The notes: generated from the letters alone by a model not told the origin. A DNA stretch of 64,000 nucleotides from an uncultured Saprospiraceae bacterium (GCA_964481485.1 CAYZVM010000004.1:681-64680), one strand, 5' to 3'. Counted from the first letter of the stretch, positions 1 to 9,603 are shown. Numbers and translations are program-made.

Positions 1-23
1 CCACCCAGCATTGTTACCCTTGC

Positions 24-137
24 CCCTTTTTCATTTTTCGGTTTTGCATTTTTCGGTTCTAAATTTTGCTGTTTACCTTTTCTCTTCTCCCTTTTTCATT
101 CTACATTTTTCGGTTTTAAATTTTGCTGTTTTCCTTT
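24..137. repeat. imperfect tandem duplication (~57-64 bp unit) built from T-rich words upstream of bshC
   Basis: CCCTTTTTCATT at 24 and 88. CATTTTTCGGTT at 32, 47 and 104. AAATTTTGCTGTTT at 61 and 118, with a partial copy at 141. Confidence 0.7.
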
Positions 138-161
138 CTTCATTTTGCTGTTTCTCCACGA

Positions 162-1781
162 ATGCACAAGTCTCTCCTCCCTTTTCATAAAGCCCCCCAA
201 TTATCTAAGTCAGATATAGCCTATGCCACTGGCGACCCTACTCTTCAGCCATTTTATCAATATGAGCCGCGCCTCGATTCGTTTGGAGAAGTTTTGAAAA
301 ACAAAAAGCAATCGACTTTCCCGCGCGAGACACTTGTGGAGGTGCTTCTTGAACAATACGCCCAGCTGCCCGAACAGGCCAAAGCTGCTACAAACATCAA
401 GGCCCTGCGCGACGAAAACACCTTCACCGTCACTACCGCCCACCAGCCCAGCCTGTTGCTCGGCCCGCTCTATTTTCTCTACAAATCACTGACTACCATC
501 AATTTGGCTGAAGCCGTGGAGGCAAAGACGGGGCATCGTATCGTACCGGTGTTTGTGCTCGGCAGCGAAGACCACGATTTGGAGGAGTTGAATTTCATTC
601 ATCTTTTTGGGAAAAAAATCGTGTGGCACACCGATGAAAAAGGCGCGGTAGGCAGCATGAGTACGGCCTCGCTCGCGCCTGTGCTGGCAGAATTGAAAAC
701 GATTTTGGGCGAAAGCGAGGCGGCTACGGCGCTTTTTGCGCGGGTGGAACGCGCCTACACCGACAGCCCGACCATCGCCGATGCCACGCAAGCCATGCTG
801 CACGACTTGTTCGGGCGCTACGGCCTTGTGGTGCTGAACATGAACGATGCGCGGCTAAAACGGCATTTTGCCCCAGTGCTAAAAACCGAATTGACGGAGC
901 AGCCGTGTTTCCGGCTCGTGAACGAAGCCACCGCGCGGCTCAACGAATTGGGTTTCAAGACGCAAGCCACGCCACGCGAAATCAACCTCTTTTACATGAT
1001 GCCCGGATTGCGGGAAAGAATAGCCCCCCTTCCGTCCCCCCAAGGGGGGGGAGATGCCAATACGCCCCGTTTCCAAGTGCTGAACACCGACCTCGTTTTT
1101 TCGGAAAATGAAATGCTCGCTGAGGTGGACGAGCACCCTGAAAGATTCAGCCCCAACGTAGTGCTGCGCCCATTGTTTCAGGAAATGATTTTGCCCAACT
1201 TGGCCTACGTCGGCGGCGGCGGCGAATTGGCGTACTGGCTGGAGCGCAAGGCTTTGTTCCAACATTTCGGGGTGCCGCTGCCTGTGTTGGTGCGCCGCCA
1301 TTCTGTGCTGTGGCTCGACCGCGACGCAGTGAAAAAGTTGCAAAAGTTTGGCTTCTCTGCGGCACAGTTTTTTGACGACACGGACAGCCTCGTGCGGTTT
1401 TATGTGGAACAGCACGCCGCCGGAGAGGTGAGTTTGGAACAGGAAATCAATGACTTGCGCAAAATATTCGACAGCCTTGCCGCCAAGGCAACCACCATTG
1501 ACCCGACGCTGGAAAAGGCCGTGCGGGCCGAAGAAGTGAAAGCCGTCGGCGGTTTGGAGCAGTGGCAAGGCCGCCTCATCCGCGCCGAAAAACAGAAACA
1601 CGAGGTAGTGCTGAACCAAATCCGGGCAGGCAAGGAAAAATACTTTCCCGGCGGTGGGTTGCAGGAGCGGCACGACAATTTTATGCCCTATCTGCTGAAA
1701 TACGGAGATGCTTTTATCGAGGAATTGAAGGCGAATTTGGCACCGTTCGATGCGGGGTTTGTGGTGCTGGAAGACGTGTAG
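162..1781 (+). CDS. bshC: bacillithiol biosynthesis cysteine-adding enzyme BshC
   Basis: ORF 123..1781 opens at TTG; the first ATG is at 162. Blocks TAHQPSLLLGPLYFLYK, PVFVLGSEDHDLEE and AYVGGGGELAYWLE are recalled as typical of the BshC/YllA family. Confidence 0.8.
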   Translation: MHKSLLPFHKAPQLSKSDIAYATGDPTLQPFYQYEPRLDSFGEVLKNKKQSTFPRETLVEVLLEQYAQLPEQAKAATNIKALRDENTFTVTTAHQPSLLLGPLYFLYKSLTTINLAEAVEAKTGHRIVPVFVLGSEDHDLEELNFIHLFGKKIVWHTDEKGAVGSMSTASLAPVLAELKTILGESEAATALFARVERAYTDSPTIADATQAMLHDLFGRYGLVVLNMNDARLKRHFAPVLKTELTEQPCFRLVNEATARLNELGFKTQATPREINLFYMMPGLRERIAPLPSPQGGGDANTPRFQVLNTDLVFSENEMLAEVDEHPERFSPNVVLRPLFQEMILPNLAYVGGGGELAYWLERKALFQHFGVPLPVLVRRHSVLWLDRDAVKKLQKFGFSAAQFFDDTDSLVRFYVEQHAAGEVSLEQEINDLRKIFDSLAAKATTIDPTLEKAVRAEEVKAVGGLEQWQGRLIRAEKQKHEVVLNQIRAGKEKYFPGGGLQERHDNFMPYLLKYGDAFIEELKANLAPFDAGFVVLEDV

Positions 1782-1906
1782 TTTTCAGTGGGCGGGCTGA
1801 TTTATTTTTATTTCACACAACGGCACTACGATTTTATTTTTTTGAAAAACAGTTCTTTGTGTCGTCGTGTCGTTGTGTGGAATGGATGAATCATTTTGTC
1901 GCCGTA

Positions 1907-1942
1907 CCTAAACCATCTAAAATTTCTAAACCATTCTAAACC
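1907..1942. repeat. array of CTAAACC words at 9-10 bp spacing
   Basis: CTAAACC at 1908, 1926 and 1936, plus a degenerate CTAAAAT at 1917. Followed by the GCAGTNN heptamer triplet at 1950-1970. Lies 80-115 bp upstream of the gpx ATG. Confidence 0.7.
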
Positions 1943-2022
1943 GACTATAGCAGTGGGCAGTAGGCAAACACTTTTTCACGATTGCTGTTTGACAGCCAAC
2001 GTTTATTCAACTTTTTCTTTCC

Positions 2023-2634
2023 ATGAACAAAAAACAACTATGGATGCTCTCGCTCATATTGCTCGTCATTTTCGGCGGCGTGAGTTTTGCTTTTTACTCT
2101 TTTCAAACAAATAAAATACTCGTTCGCCCGATGCAAACTATGCCGGTTGACTCCTCCAAAACCTCTTTTTTCCAACTCGCCGTCAATTCTTTGGGCGGTC
2201 AGCCCGTGTCGCTTGAGCAGTTTCGCGGCAAAAAAATCATCGTGCTCAACACGGCCTCCGAATGTGGCTACACCCCACAATATGCCGATTGGGAAAAATT
2301 TTATGCTGAAAACAAGGACGATGTGGTGGTGCTGGGTTTTCCCTGCAACGACTTTGGCGGGCAAGAACCCGGCTCGGCGGACGACATCCAGAGTTTTTGT
2401 CAGAAAAATTACGGGGTCACGTTCCCGCTTTTTGAAAAGGTCGCCGTGAAAGGCTCGACCAAATCGCCCGTATATCAGTGGCTCACCGACCCGACGCAGA
2501 ACGGCTGGAACAGCCAAGAGCCCTCGTGGAATTTTTGCAAATACGTGCTCGACGAAAACGGGACACTCACCCACTTTTTTGCTTCCAAAGTGAAGCCCAG
2601 CAGCGAGGAGTTTTTGAAAGCGATGGGGATGTGA
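2023..2634 (+). CDS. gpx: glutathione peroxidase (Cys-type) with N-terminal membrane anchor or signal
   Basis: GPx signatures LNTASECGYTPQY, FPCNDFGGQEPG and WNFCKYVL. The active-site residue is a Cys codon, not TGA. Confidence 0.9.
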   Translation: MNKKQLWMLSLILLVIFGGVSFAFYSFQTNKILVRPMQTMPVDSSKTSFFQLAVNSLGGQPVSLEQFRGKKIIVLNTASECGYTPQYADWEKFYAENKDDVVVLGFPCNDFGGQEPGSADDIQSFCQKNYGVTFPLFEKVAVKGSTKSPVYQWLTDPTQNGWNSQEPSWNFCKYVLDENGTLTHFFASKVKPSSEEFLKAMGM

Positions 2635-2640
2635 TAAAAG

Positions 2641-2905
2641 TTAATGGGATAATGGAGTTAATGGGATAATGGAGGTAGTAGGATAATAAGTGGCCGTTCA
2701 AGTCAAGAATTTGTGTCAAAAATTTTAAAATGTAAATTTTTGTATCATCCCGAAACTAGGTTCTAATTAACGTAAGTTGTGACCCAGCCCGATGCCTGTC
2801 ATCCTGATCCGCCGGCTGGCGGAGAAGGATGACAAGTTTGGGGAGGGGACTTTCATAGGTGACAACTTGGGTTAATTACATTATCCCATTACCTCCATTA
2901 TCCCA
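2641..2905. repeat. three-layer nested inverted repeat filling the gpx/pirin convergent intergenic region
   Basis: Outer arms 2662-2687 and 2879-2904 match 24/26; the left arm is part of a 17-bp tandem TTAATGGGATAATGGAG x2.9 (2641-2690). Middle arms are 2763-2785 and 2858-2879. Inner hairpin TGTCATCCTGATCCGCC-GGCT-GGCGGAGAAGGATGACA is at 2797-2834. Confidence 0.8.
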
Positions 2906-3653
2906 CTCTTCTCAACTGCCCATAAGTCCGGTAGCCGGGCTGCTCTGGTGAGGCGATGATAAAGACTTTTGCACCAACCAACGACTCCAATTCGATAGTT
3001 GAAACCTCCGTAATCTGCACAAAATCAGATTGTTTGGCCAATTCGCCATTGAATTGCACTTCGCCTCCCAAGACGTAGGCCGAGTAAATTTTCCCCTTTT
3101 CGGCTGGTACCGAATGTTTGCCATTTCCCATTTCAATTTGAAAAACCTCTACGCCCGGCGTGTCCATCTGGAAGGGGCTGCCGGAGCCGACGAGCGTTTT
3201 CACCCGCACACCGTTTTCCGTCTTTTCAGGAAAATCGGCGGCCTTGTAATCATCGTAACTGGCAGGTTTGTCGAGCGTTTTGGTCAAATCCGGGTCAAAC
3301 CAGATTTGGAATATTTCACCGTCTTTAGCGATGAATTCGGAATGGCTGATGCCGTTGCCCGCGCGGATGATTTGCACATCGCCGGCCTGAAGCGGCCGCC
3401 ATTCTTTGAGTTTGGTGTCGTAGTGGCGGATTTCGCCGTTGAGCACAAAGGAGCAGATTTCAAAACCCTGGTGCGGGTGCAGCCCGATGGTGCTGTCGGT
3501 GACGGCGCGGGCGTGCGCCCAATAAAATAGATTGGAATATGGCCGCACACTCGAATGGTCTTGCGGGAAGCCGATGGGTTTGTTTTCCACGATTTCGCCG
3601 CCGTTGAACGCGCCGTGGCCTTGCTGCTCTTTCGGAATGATTCGGATAGGCAT
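2898..3653 (-). CDS. pirin family protein
   Basis: 251 aa. Cupin metal-site block HPHQGFEICSFVLNGEIRHYD, with a two-barrel pirin-like length and layout. Confidence 0.85.
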   Translation of the reverse strand: MPIRIIPKEQQGHGAFNGGEIVENKPIGFPQDHSSVRPYSNLFYWAHARAVTDSTIGLHPHQGFEICSFVLNGEIRHYDTKLKEWRPLQAGDVQIIRAGNGISHSEFIAKDGEIFQIWFDPDLTKTLDKPASYDDYKAADFPEKTENGVRVKTLVGSGSPFQMDTPGVEVFQIEMGNGKHSVPAEKGKIYSAYVLGGEVQFNGELAKQSDFVQITEVSTIELESLVGAKVFIIASPEQPGYRTYGQLRRVG

Positions 3654-3751
3654 GATTGATTGTTTTAAATTTTAGTGTTGAAACACAAAACCTGGCTTTC
3701 GGTTTAATATGTTGAATTTTTCGGTCTTGCTGTTACAGGAAAAGCAACCTT

Positions 3752-5062
3752 TCATTCCAAAATGAGCTTGCCCGATGCCGCCGATTTTCCGCCCTGCCAA
3801 TGCCAAACATATATGCCCGCTGGGAGGTTTTTTCTCTGAATTGAAGTCTTTTTGTTCTGAATATCAACTGTTCGCACCACTCGACCTTGCATATCGAGCA
3901 AGCGCCAAACACCGCTTTTTGCCAGCGTTTCCAGAAAAATAATATCGGCTGCGGGATTCGGGTACACTCGGGTTCGGGAGTTCATTTCCGGCTCACCCAG
4001 ACCTGAGGTTTTTTTCAAGTTTTTGCACAAAAAATTGGTTGTTTCTTCCAAAACAACGGCGACCTCGGCAGAGGTGTATCCATGCCCGCCGTTTTGGAAT
4101 GTGAACAATTGCGCGTCCATACCGAGCGTGTCGGCACGTTGATGCACGGTGGCAGAGCCATGCACGGGAATGCAATGATGGAAAATATTGGCATTGATGA
4201 CACCCCGCAAAACGCAGTCGTCGCCGAACGGCACCACGTCGTCCGCCGTGCCATGGAACGACACAAGTGGCGGGTCGTCGGAGCCATCCATCAAGGTCAA
4301 GTCGAAGAGTGCGCCGCTCATGTTGAGCACGCCGCGCACCGCCGACGAAAATCCGAGATTGCCGCCGGGGCCTTCTATGCTGCCCATATCTGGAAAATAA
4401 AGACTGCCAAACCATTCGCCCAATTGAGGCTGTGCGCCGCAAGCACCGGGGCGCTCATCCTCGGAATCCATATACCCCACACCCAATGCCGTGAAAGCCC
4501 CCGCGCTGGCTCCCGCCACGAAAATATGGCTGGTATCAATGCGGTACTCGGCGGCATGGGCGCGAAAGAAACGCACGGCGGCTTTGGCATCCTGCACGGC
4601 GCGGAAGGCGGCGCGCACCAATCGGATGGAATCCGAATCAACATCCCAACAAAGGATGTTGGACGGGAGCGAGAGCCGATAGTTGATGCTCGCCACCGCG
4701 TATCCTTTTTTTGCCAAAAAGTCGCAAAAAGCAGCCAGTTCAGACTTATTTCCACCCGCCCACGCGCCGCCGTGTATCGCAATCACGAGCGGGCGGCAAG
4801 TGGCAGTGTCGCCACAGGGTTCGTAAAAATCGGCGAGGAGCGGCAGTTGAGTTTGGTAAGGCGGCAATTGTAAATTCAGGCACAAGAGCTGCGTCCAACT
4901 CCAATCCCGCAGCCCCGTGCCGTATTGAATATTGGGCGTCACGGTGGCGCAGGTGAACACACTGTCGGCATAGCGGCCAGTGCCGGTGCAATCGGCACAT
5001 TGAGCTTGTACTTGGAAAAAAGATGCAAGAGGGAAAAGGAAAATAAGGAGCGTTTTTTTCAT
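3752..5062 (-). CDS. secreted alpha/beta-hydrolase (esterase/lipase-like) with T9SS C-terminal sorting domain
   Basis: ATG at 5062 followed by a signal peptide. HGGAWAGGN oxyanion-type motif and GASAGA nucleophile elbow. The last ~75 aa (RVYPNPAADII...GIYVWHW...GKLILE) resemble a Por/T9SS CTD. Confidence 0.7.
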   Translation of the reverse strand: MKKTLLIFLFPLASFFQVQAQCADCTGTGRYADSVFTCATVTPNIQYGTGLRDWSWTQLLCLNLQLPPYQTQLPLLADFYEPCGDTATCRPLVIAIHGGAWAGGNKSELAAFCDFLAKKGYAVASINYRLSLPSNILCWDVDSDSIRLVRAAFRAVQDAKAAVRFFRAHAAEYRIDTSHIFVAGASAGAFTALGVGYMDSEDERPGACGAQPQLGEWFGSLYFPDMGSIEGPGGNLGFSSAVRGVLNMSGALFDLTLMDGSDDPPLVSFHGTADDVVPFGDDCVLRGVINANIFHHCIPVHGSATVHQRADTLGMDAQLFTFQNGGHGYTSAEVAVVLEETTNFLCKNLKKTSGLGEPEMNSRTRVYPNPAADIIFLETLAKSGVWRLLDMQGRVVRTVDIQNKKTSIQRKNLPAGIYVWHWQGGKSAASGKLILE

Positions 5063-5122
5063 GTTGCCGCAGCATTTGCTTTTGGCAAAAATACGGTTCC
5101 ATTTCAAAAAGCAGGCAGTACA

Positions 5123-5157
5123 GAACTTTCCGAAAGTTGACAACTTTCGGAAAGTTC
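5123..5157. repeat. perfect 35-bp palindrome
   Basis: GAACTTTCCGAAAGTTG-A-CAACTTTCGGAAAGTTC: 17-bp arms with one central nt. Lies between the stop of 5188..5538 and the start of the esterase gene. Confidence 0.9.
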
Positions 5158-5187
5158 TCGGAGCGCGGGGCATGATCTGCGTTCAAT

Positions 5188-5538
5188 TCACGCCGCCATT
5201 GGTCGCGCCAGCACGCTACTGCGGTATTTGTACCACGGGGCATAGGTGCCCATGCGCATCGTTTGCCGACCCACTTGCGGTTCAACACCGGCGACAAATT
5301 GTGCAAGAATGGTCAGCGTCGCGTCGGTAGGGTTCACCGAGTTGGGCTTGCTTTCCAAGGCCGCAGACACATAATTGCTAAGTGTTTTGTAGCACAAAAG
5401 TTCGCCAGTGGCTTCATGGATGAGCCAGCTGAGGGTTTGGGCTTTGCCGTAAGAGAGTTTGGAGATTTGTTCGCCGAATGCTTTGGAGTGGACATCGGCT
5501 AAGAGGGCACGAAAAACGGTAAATTCTTTTGCTTCCAT
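5188..5538 (-). CDS. hypothetical protein
   Basis: ATG at 5538 (MEAKEFTVF...). 116 aa, no recognisable motif. Confidence 0.4.
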   Translation of the reverse strand: MEAKEFTVFRALLADVHSKAFGEQISKLSYGKAQTLSWLIHEATGELLCYKTLSNYVSAALESKPNSVNPTDATLTILAQFVAGVEPQVGRQTMRMGTYAPWYKYRSSVLARPMAA

Positions 5539-5715
5539 TTTGGTATCGGTTTGGTTTATGGATAAAAGTTTTTTTGAGAGTACAAAAATGGGGGGCTTCA
5601 ATTTGAATTCCAAGAGATTTCCAACCCATTTCCAAATTTAATAGTCGGGTTGAGCAAACCTTTGTCAATCAATTTTTCATCCTTTTCCAAAAGTCATTTT
5701 AAAAACACTCTAAAA

Positions 5716-7143
5716 ATGAAAAGAAAACTTGTCATCCCCATGCTCCTGTTGTCAGTTCTGACACTTTTGACCCAACAATCGTTTGGTCAAGGCTCCGGCA
5801 CCAATCCCGGCCTCACCATGTATCGCTACAACAGCTCCTCCACCGGCTCTCCCATTCCGGTTTTGAACGGCGACCTGCTCGGCACCCTGAAATGGAACGG
5901 CCTCGTCAATTACGGCGACATCCGCACTGGCGCGGCCATCCAGTCTTTCATCACCGACCCGGTCGGCCCTGGTTTTCAGGCCAACATGATTTTCCGCACC
6001 AGCGACCTTGGCGGATTGACGAATCGCATGATTATCACGGAAGATGGCCTCGTGGGCATCGGCCTGGACAATCCTGCTTTCAACCTCCATGTGGTGGGCA
6101 ACACGCACACGACGGGCGATTTTTACGGCCGCATCCACTTTGATGCGAACACAGGCACGAACGACGCGCCCAACACCTATATTGACGAGGCATATTTTGA
6201 ACTGAAAAACCGCGCAGTACTCACGGGCGGTTCGGTGCTGCCAGTTGCCGCAGGTATTCAAGGTGGTGTGCTTTCGCTCGCTCCCGGTGGCTCCAGTCTT
6301 GACCATCAGCTGTATTTTGGTGACGACGGTATCTGGACGCGCCGCACGACTGGCAACGCCGCCAACTGGGCAGGTGCCAATTGGTATAAAGTGCTGACTG
6401 GCGAACAAATCAATGGCACGCCGAACCGCGTCGCTCGATTCCTACCGCCAGGGCCGGTGTCCAACTCGCTGGGCGACAGCCAATTGTTCGACGACGGCAC
6501 GGATGTGGGTATCGGTACCGACACGCCAGATCCTGCATTTTTGCTCACTGTCGGCGGCGATACGCGCATCAACGGCTCGATTCGCGGCACAGGCAATCTC
6601 GACTTGGCCGGCAATTCCGTAGTGGGTGGCAATGCAACCGTCGGCGGAAACGCACAGGTAGATGGTAATGCCACCGTTGATGGCAACCTCGGCGTAGGCA
6701 CGGCGGCTTCGTCTTTCCGCCTCGACGTGAACGGCGAATCGAACTTCAGCCAGCGCGTGAAAATCGGTGCCAACAATTTTGCTACTAGCTATTTGCTGAG
6801 CGTAGGTGGCGGCGTGATGGCCGAAGAAGTGCGGGTGCAGCTCCAGCCATGGGCAGACTATGTTTTTGAAAAAAACTACCCCTTGATGCCGCTCGCAGAG
6901 GTGGAAAAATTTGTGCAAACAGAAAAACACCTGCCGGGTATCGCGACCGCCAAAGAAGTGGAAACCAACGGTCTCAATCTGGGCGAAATGCAAAATGCCC
7001 AGATGGAAAAGATTGAGGAAATTTTCCTGCACCTGATTGATTTGGAAAAACGGGTGAATACGCTCGAAGCCCAAAACAAGCAGTTGTTGGAAGAAAATGC
7101 GGCGTTGAAAGTGAAATCTGACAATGGAATAGAAAAGCGTTGA
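5716..7143 (+). CDS. secreted repeat protein with tail-fibre-like C-terminal domain
   Basis: Signal peptide from the ATG at 5716. GN(A/L)xV(D/G)GN repeats. C-terminal block WADYVFEKNYPLMPLAEVEKFVQTEKHLPGI...KIEEIFLHLIDLEKR followed by a coiled coil; recalled from Bacteroidota proteins annotated as tail fiber domain-containing. Confidence 0.5.
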   Translation: MKRKLVIPMLLLSVLTLLTQQSFGQGSGTNPGLTMYRYNSSSTGSPIPVLNGDLLGTLKWNGLVNYGDIRTGAAIQSFITDPVGPGFQANMIFRTSDLGGLTNRMIITEDGLVGIGLDNPAFNLHVVGNTHTTGDFYGRIHFDANTGTNDAPNTYIDEAYFELKNRAVLTGGSVLPVAAGIQGGVLSLAPGGSSLDHQLYFGDDGIWTRRTTGNAANWAGANWYKVLTGEQINGTPNRVARFLPPGPVSNSLGDSQLFDDGTDVGIGTDTPDPAFLLTVGGDTRINGSIRGTGNLDLAGNSVVGGNATVGGNAQVDGNATVDGNLGVGTAASSFRLDVNGESNFSQRVKIGANNFATSYLLSVGGGVMAEEVRVQLQPWADYVFEKNYPLMPLAEVEKFVQTEKHLPGIATAKEVETNGLNLGEMQNAQMEKIEEIFLHLIDLEKRVNTLEAQNKQLLEENAALKVKSDNGIEKR

Positions 7144-7197
7144 ACCAGTTTCAACAGAAACAATCAACTCATTTCAAAACCTTTTAAATCCATTGTT

Positions 7198-9066
7198 ATG
7201 AAAAAATCATCGCTCACAACGCTCTGCTTTTGCTGCTGCATTTCGCTGTGCATGGGGCAGTCGGCCAAAGAGTTGCGCACCATGTTCGACGGCTACAAAA
7301 ACACCGGCGAACTGTATGCTACCGATGCGCTTTTTGCCGCCGGGCAACAAGATAGGGCCAATCACAGCAAGGCTCAAAACCTCCGGCTCGATGCCGGTCA
7401 GTTGGAAATCCTATACGACAAACACCCACAGGCGCTCCGTCTGGGCATACCCAAAGAAGGCGGCGAAACCTTTGAGTTGGAACTGGTGCGCATTGATTTG
7501 GTGAAGCACAACGCATCGTTCAGCACCGCCAGCACGGCAGGTATCGCAGACTTCGACTACCAACCCGGTGTGCATTACAGGGGTTTTACAAAAAACACAA
7601 AAGAAGGCGCGTCATGGGTTGCGGTATCTATTTTTGAAAACGGCCTGATGGGCGTAATCGCCACAGAAACAGGCAACTGGAATATCGCGCCAAAGGGCAA
7701 CGATTTCTCGCGCCAAGAATACGCACTGTTCAACGACCGCGACCAAGACCTTCCAAAATCTTTCAAATGCGGTGTCACCGATGAAGATTTTGAGAAAGTG
7801 GAACAACAAATCAATCTCCACAAAAGCAGCCAGAAAAGCACAAACTGCGTGGATGTTTTCTTGGTCAGCGACAACGACCTTTTCAACTTCAATGCTTCTG
7901 ATGCTTGGCTGACCATGAACTACTTGACCGGTTTGTTCAATATGGTGGCTACCATTTACAGCAATGAAAACATTGACATTCGCCTATCAGGAGTGCGGGT
8001 GTGGACGACTCCCGACCCTTACGATGAAACGGACAGCGCCAATGCGCTTGGCTCGTTCGAGACCGAAATCGCATCGAATTTTAACGGCGATGTCGCTTTG
8101 CTCATGGCTATTGATGGCGGCAACGGTGGCCGCGCCGTGGTGGGTTTCGTTTGCGATTCCGACAACGCACGGCATGGCTACAACGATATCAACGGTAGTT
8201 TTAGCAATGACTTGTCCACATATTCTTGGGACATTTTCGTCACGGCGCATGAACTGGGGCACGCGCTCGGCTCGCCGCACACCCACTGGTGCGGGTGGAG
8301 CGTCGGCGCCATTGACGACTGCGGGCCCGACGGTGGTTTCCCCACAGAAGGCGGCTGTGCTGATGGCCCCACGCCGACGGTAGGCACTATCATGAGTTAT
8401 TGCCACCTCATTGCTGGAGTAGGTATCAGTTTTGTCACTTCCAATGGCGGCGGATTTGGGACTGAACCGGCTACCGCTATTATCAACCACATTGATAGCC
8501 GACCTTGCTTGGGGGCTTGTGATTGTCCGACTGACCTGACTACGGCGGACATACCTGCCGTCATCGGTGCGCTGGTTCCGCCCGAATTGGTGAAGTATGA
8601 AGCCTCCAATTCGGTCGAGTCGAACAGCACGGTCAATCCCGGCACGTTCATCAAATTTGATGCAGGCAGTTACGTCCGTTTCACGCCTGGCTTTTGGGCG
8701 CGACCGGGCAGCAATGTCCACGCATACATAGAGGGATGCGGCTGGTTGGATGGCACAGGAAGCGGCATTGGAAGCCGTTCTTCCGCTGTCCAAACATATC
8801 TGCCTTCCGGTATGGCATTGGAGGTATTCCCAAATCCCAGTGACGGGGCTTCGACACTTGTTTTTTCGTTGGAAAAACCTGAAAACGTGACGATTGTGGT
8901 GCAAGGCATTTCCGGCAAGGCTATGCTGACCGTTTGTCAATCGGTACTTTTTGATGCAGGTACACAGCAGGTTGACCTGAATTCAAACTTGTCTGCCGGG
9001 GTGTATTTTGTAACTTTGAGAACCGGCGACAAATCGGTGACCCGCAAATGGGTTGTGTTTGAATAA
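7198..9066 (+). CDS. secreted zinc metalloprotease (reprolysin/M12B-like) with T9SS C-terminal sorting domain
   Basis: Signal peptide. HELGHALGSPH zinc motif. C-terminal LEVFPNPSDGASTLVF...GVYFVTLRTGDKSVTRKWVVFE resembles a T9SS CTD. Confidence 0.75.
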   Translation: MKKSSLTTLCFCCCISLCMGQSAKELRTMFDGYKNTGELYATDALFAAGQQDRANHSKAQNLRLDAGQLEILYDKHPQALRLGIPKEGGETFELELVRIDLVKHNASFSTASTAGIADFDYQPGVHYRGFTKNTKEGASWVAVSIFENGLMGVIATETGNWNIAPKGNDFSRQEYALFNDRDQDLPKSFKCGVTDEDFEKVEQQINLHKSSQKSTNCVDVFLVSDNDLFNFNASDAWLTMNYLTGLFNMVATIYSNENIDIRLSGVRVWTTPDPYDETDSANALGSFETEIASNFNGDVALLMAIDGGNGGRAVVGFVCDSDNARHGYNDINGSFSNDLSTYSWDIFVTAHELGHALGSPHTHWCGWSVGAIDDCGPDGGFPTEGGCADGPTPTVGTIMSYCHLIAGVGISFVTSNGGGFGTEPATAIINHIDSRPCLGACDCPTDLTTADIPAVIGALVPPELVKYEASNSVESNSTVNPGTFIKFDAGSYVRFTPGFWARPGSNVHAYIEGCGWLDGTGSGIGSRSSAVQTYLPSGMALEVFPNPSDGASTLVFSLEKPENVTIVVQGISGKAMLTVCQSVLFDAGTQQVDLNSNLSAGVYFVTLRTGDKSVTRKWVVFE

Positions 9067-9181
9067 AAATTTAAAACCCGTACATATTGCGAGCGGCTGC
9101 ACTCATACAGGTGCAGCCGCTCATCTTTTTCAGCAACTTTGCGTTTGTGTTATTTTTTCACTTTGTGCAAACTGCAAAAAT

Positions 9182-9592
9182 ATGAGCCCATTTGTTCGCG
9201 CCATTCTTGGCATCTTAGCGGGAGTCGTCGCTGGTGTCCTCGTGATGAACGGCATCCAAACAATTTCACCTTACCAGCCGCCCCAAGGTGTTGATTATAC
9301 GAGCGGCGACGCGACTTATTTGGAATGGGTGCGCAATATGCCAACTGCGGCCTGGATGTATATTTTGGTCTCTTTGCTGGCGGGCGCGTTCGTGAGCGGT
9401 TTTGTGACAAACAAAATTGCGCCGCCCAACAATTACCCCCCACTACTATCTGGTTTCATCATCCTTTTCTTCGGGATTGTACAGTATATGGGCTTCGCCA
9501 ATCCTGCTTGGGTAACGTACTCTGCCTGCGCAGGATGTATTTTTTTGGCTTGGGTCGGGGGGCAGTTGGCGCGGGTGAAATGGGGAGGATAG
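9182..9592 (+). CDS. small multi-pass membrane protein
   Basis: ATG at 9182. 136 aa with about 4 hydrophobic helices. No family recognised. Confidence 0.5.
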   Translation: MSPFVRAILGILAGVVAGVLVMNGIQTISPYQPPQGVDYTSGDATYLEWVRNMPTAAWMYILVSLLAGAFVSGFVTNKIAPPNNYPPLLSGFIILFFGIVQYMGFANPAWVTYSACAGCIFLAWVGGQLARVKWGG

Positions 9593-9603
9593 TAATTGTG
9601 CAT

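Noticed and set aside
2023-2634. Selenocysteine recoding in glutathione peroxidase
   Set aside because: The active-site position is a TGT Cys codon (..ASECGYT..), and there is no in-frame TGA.
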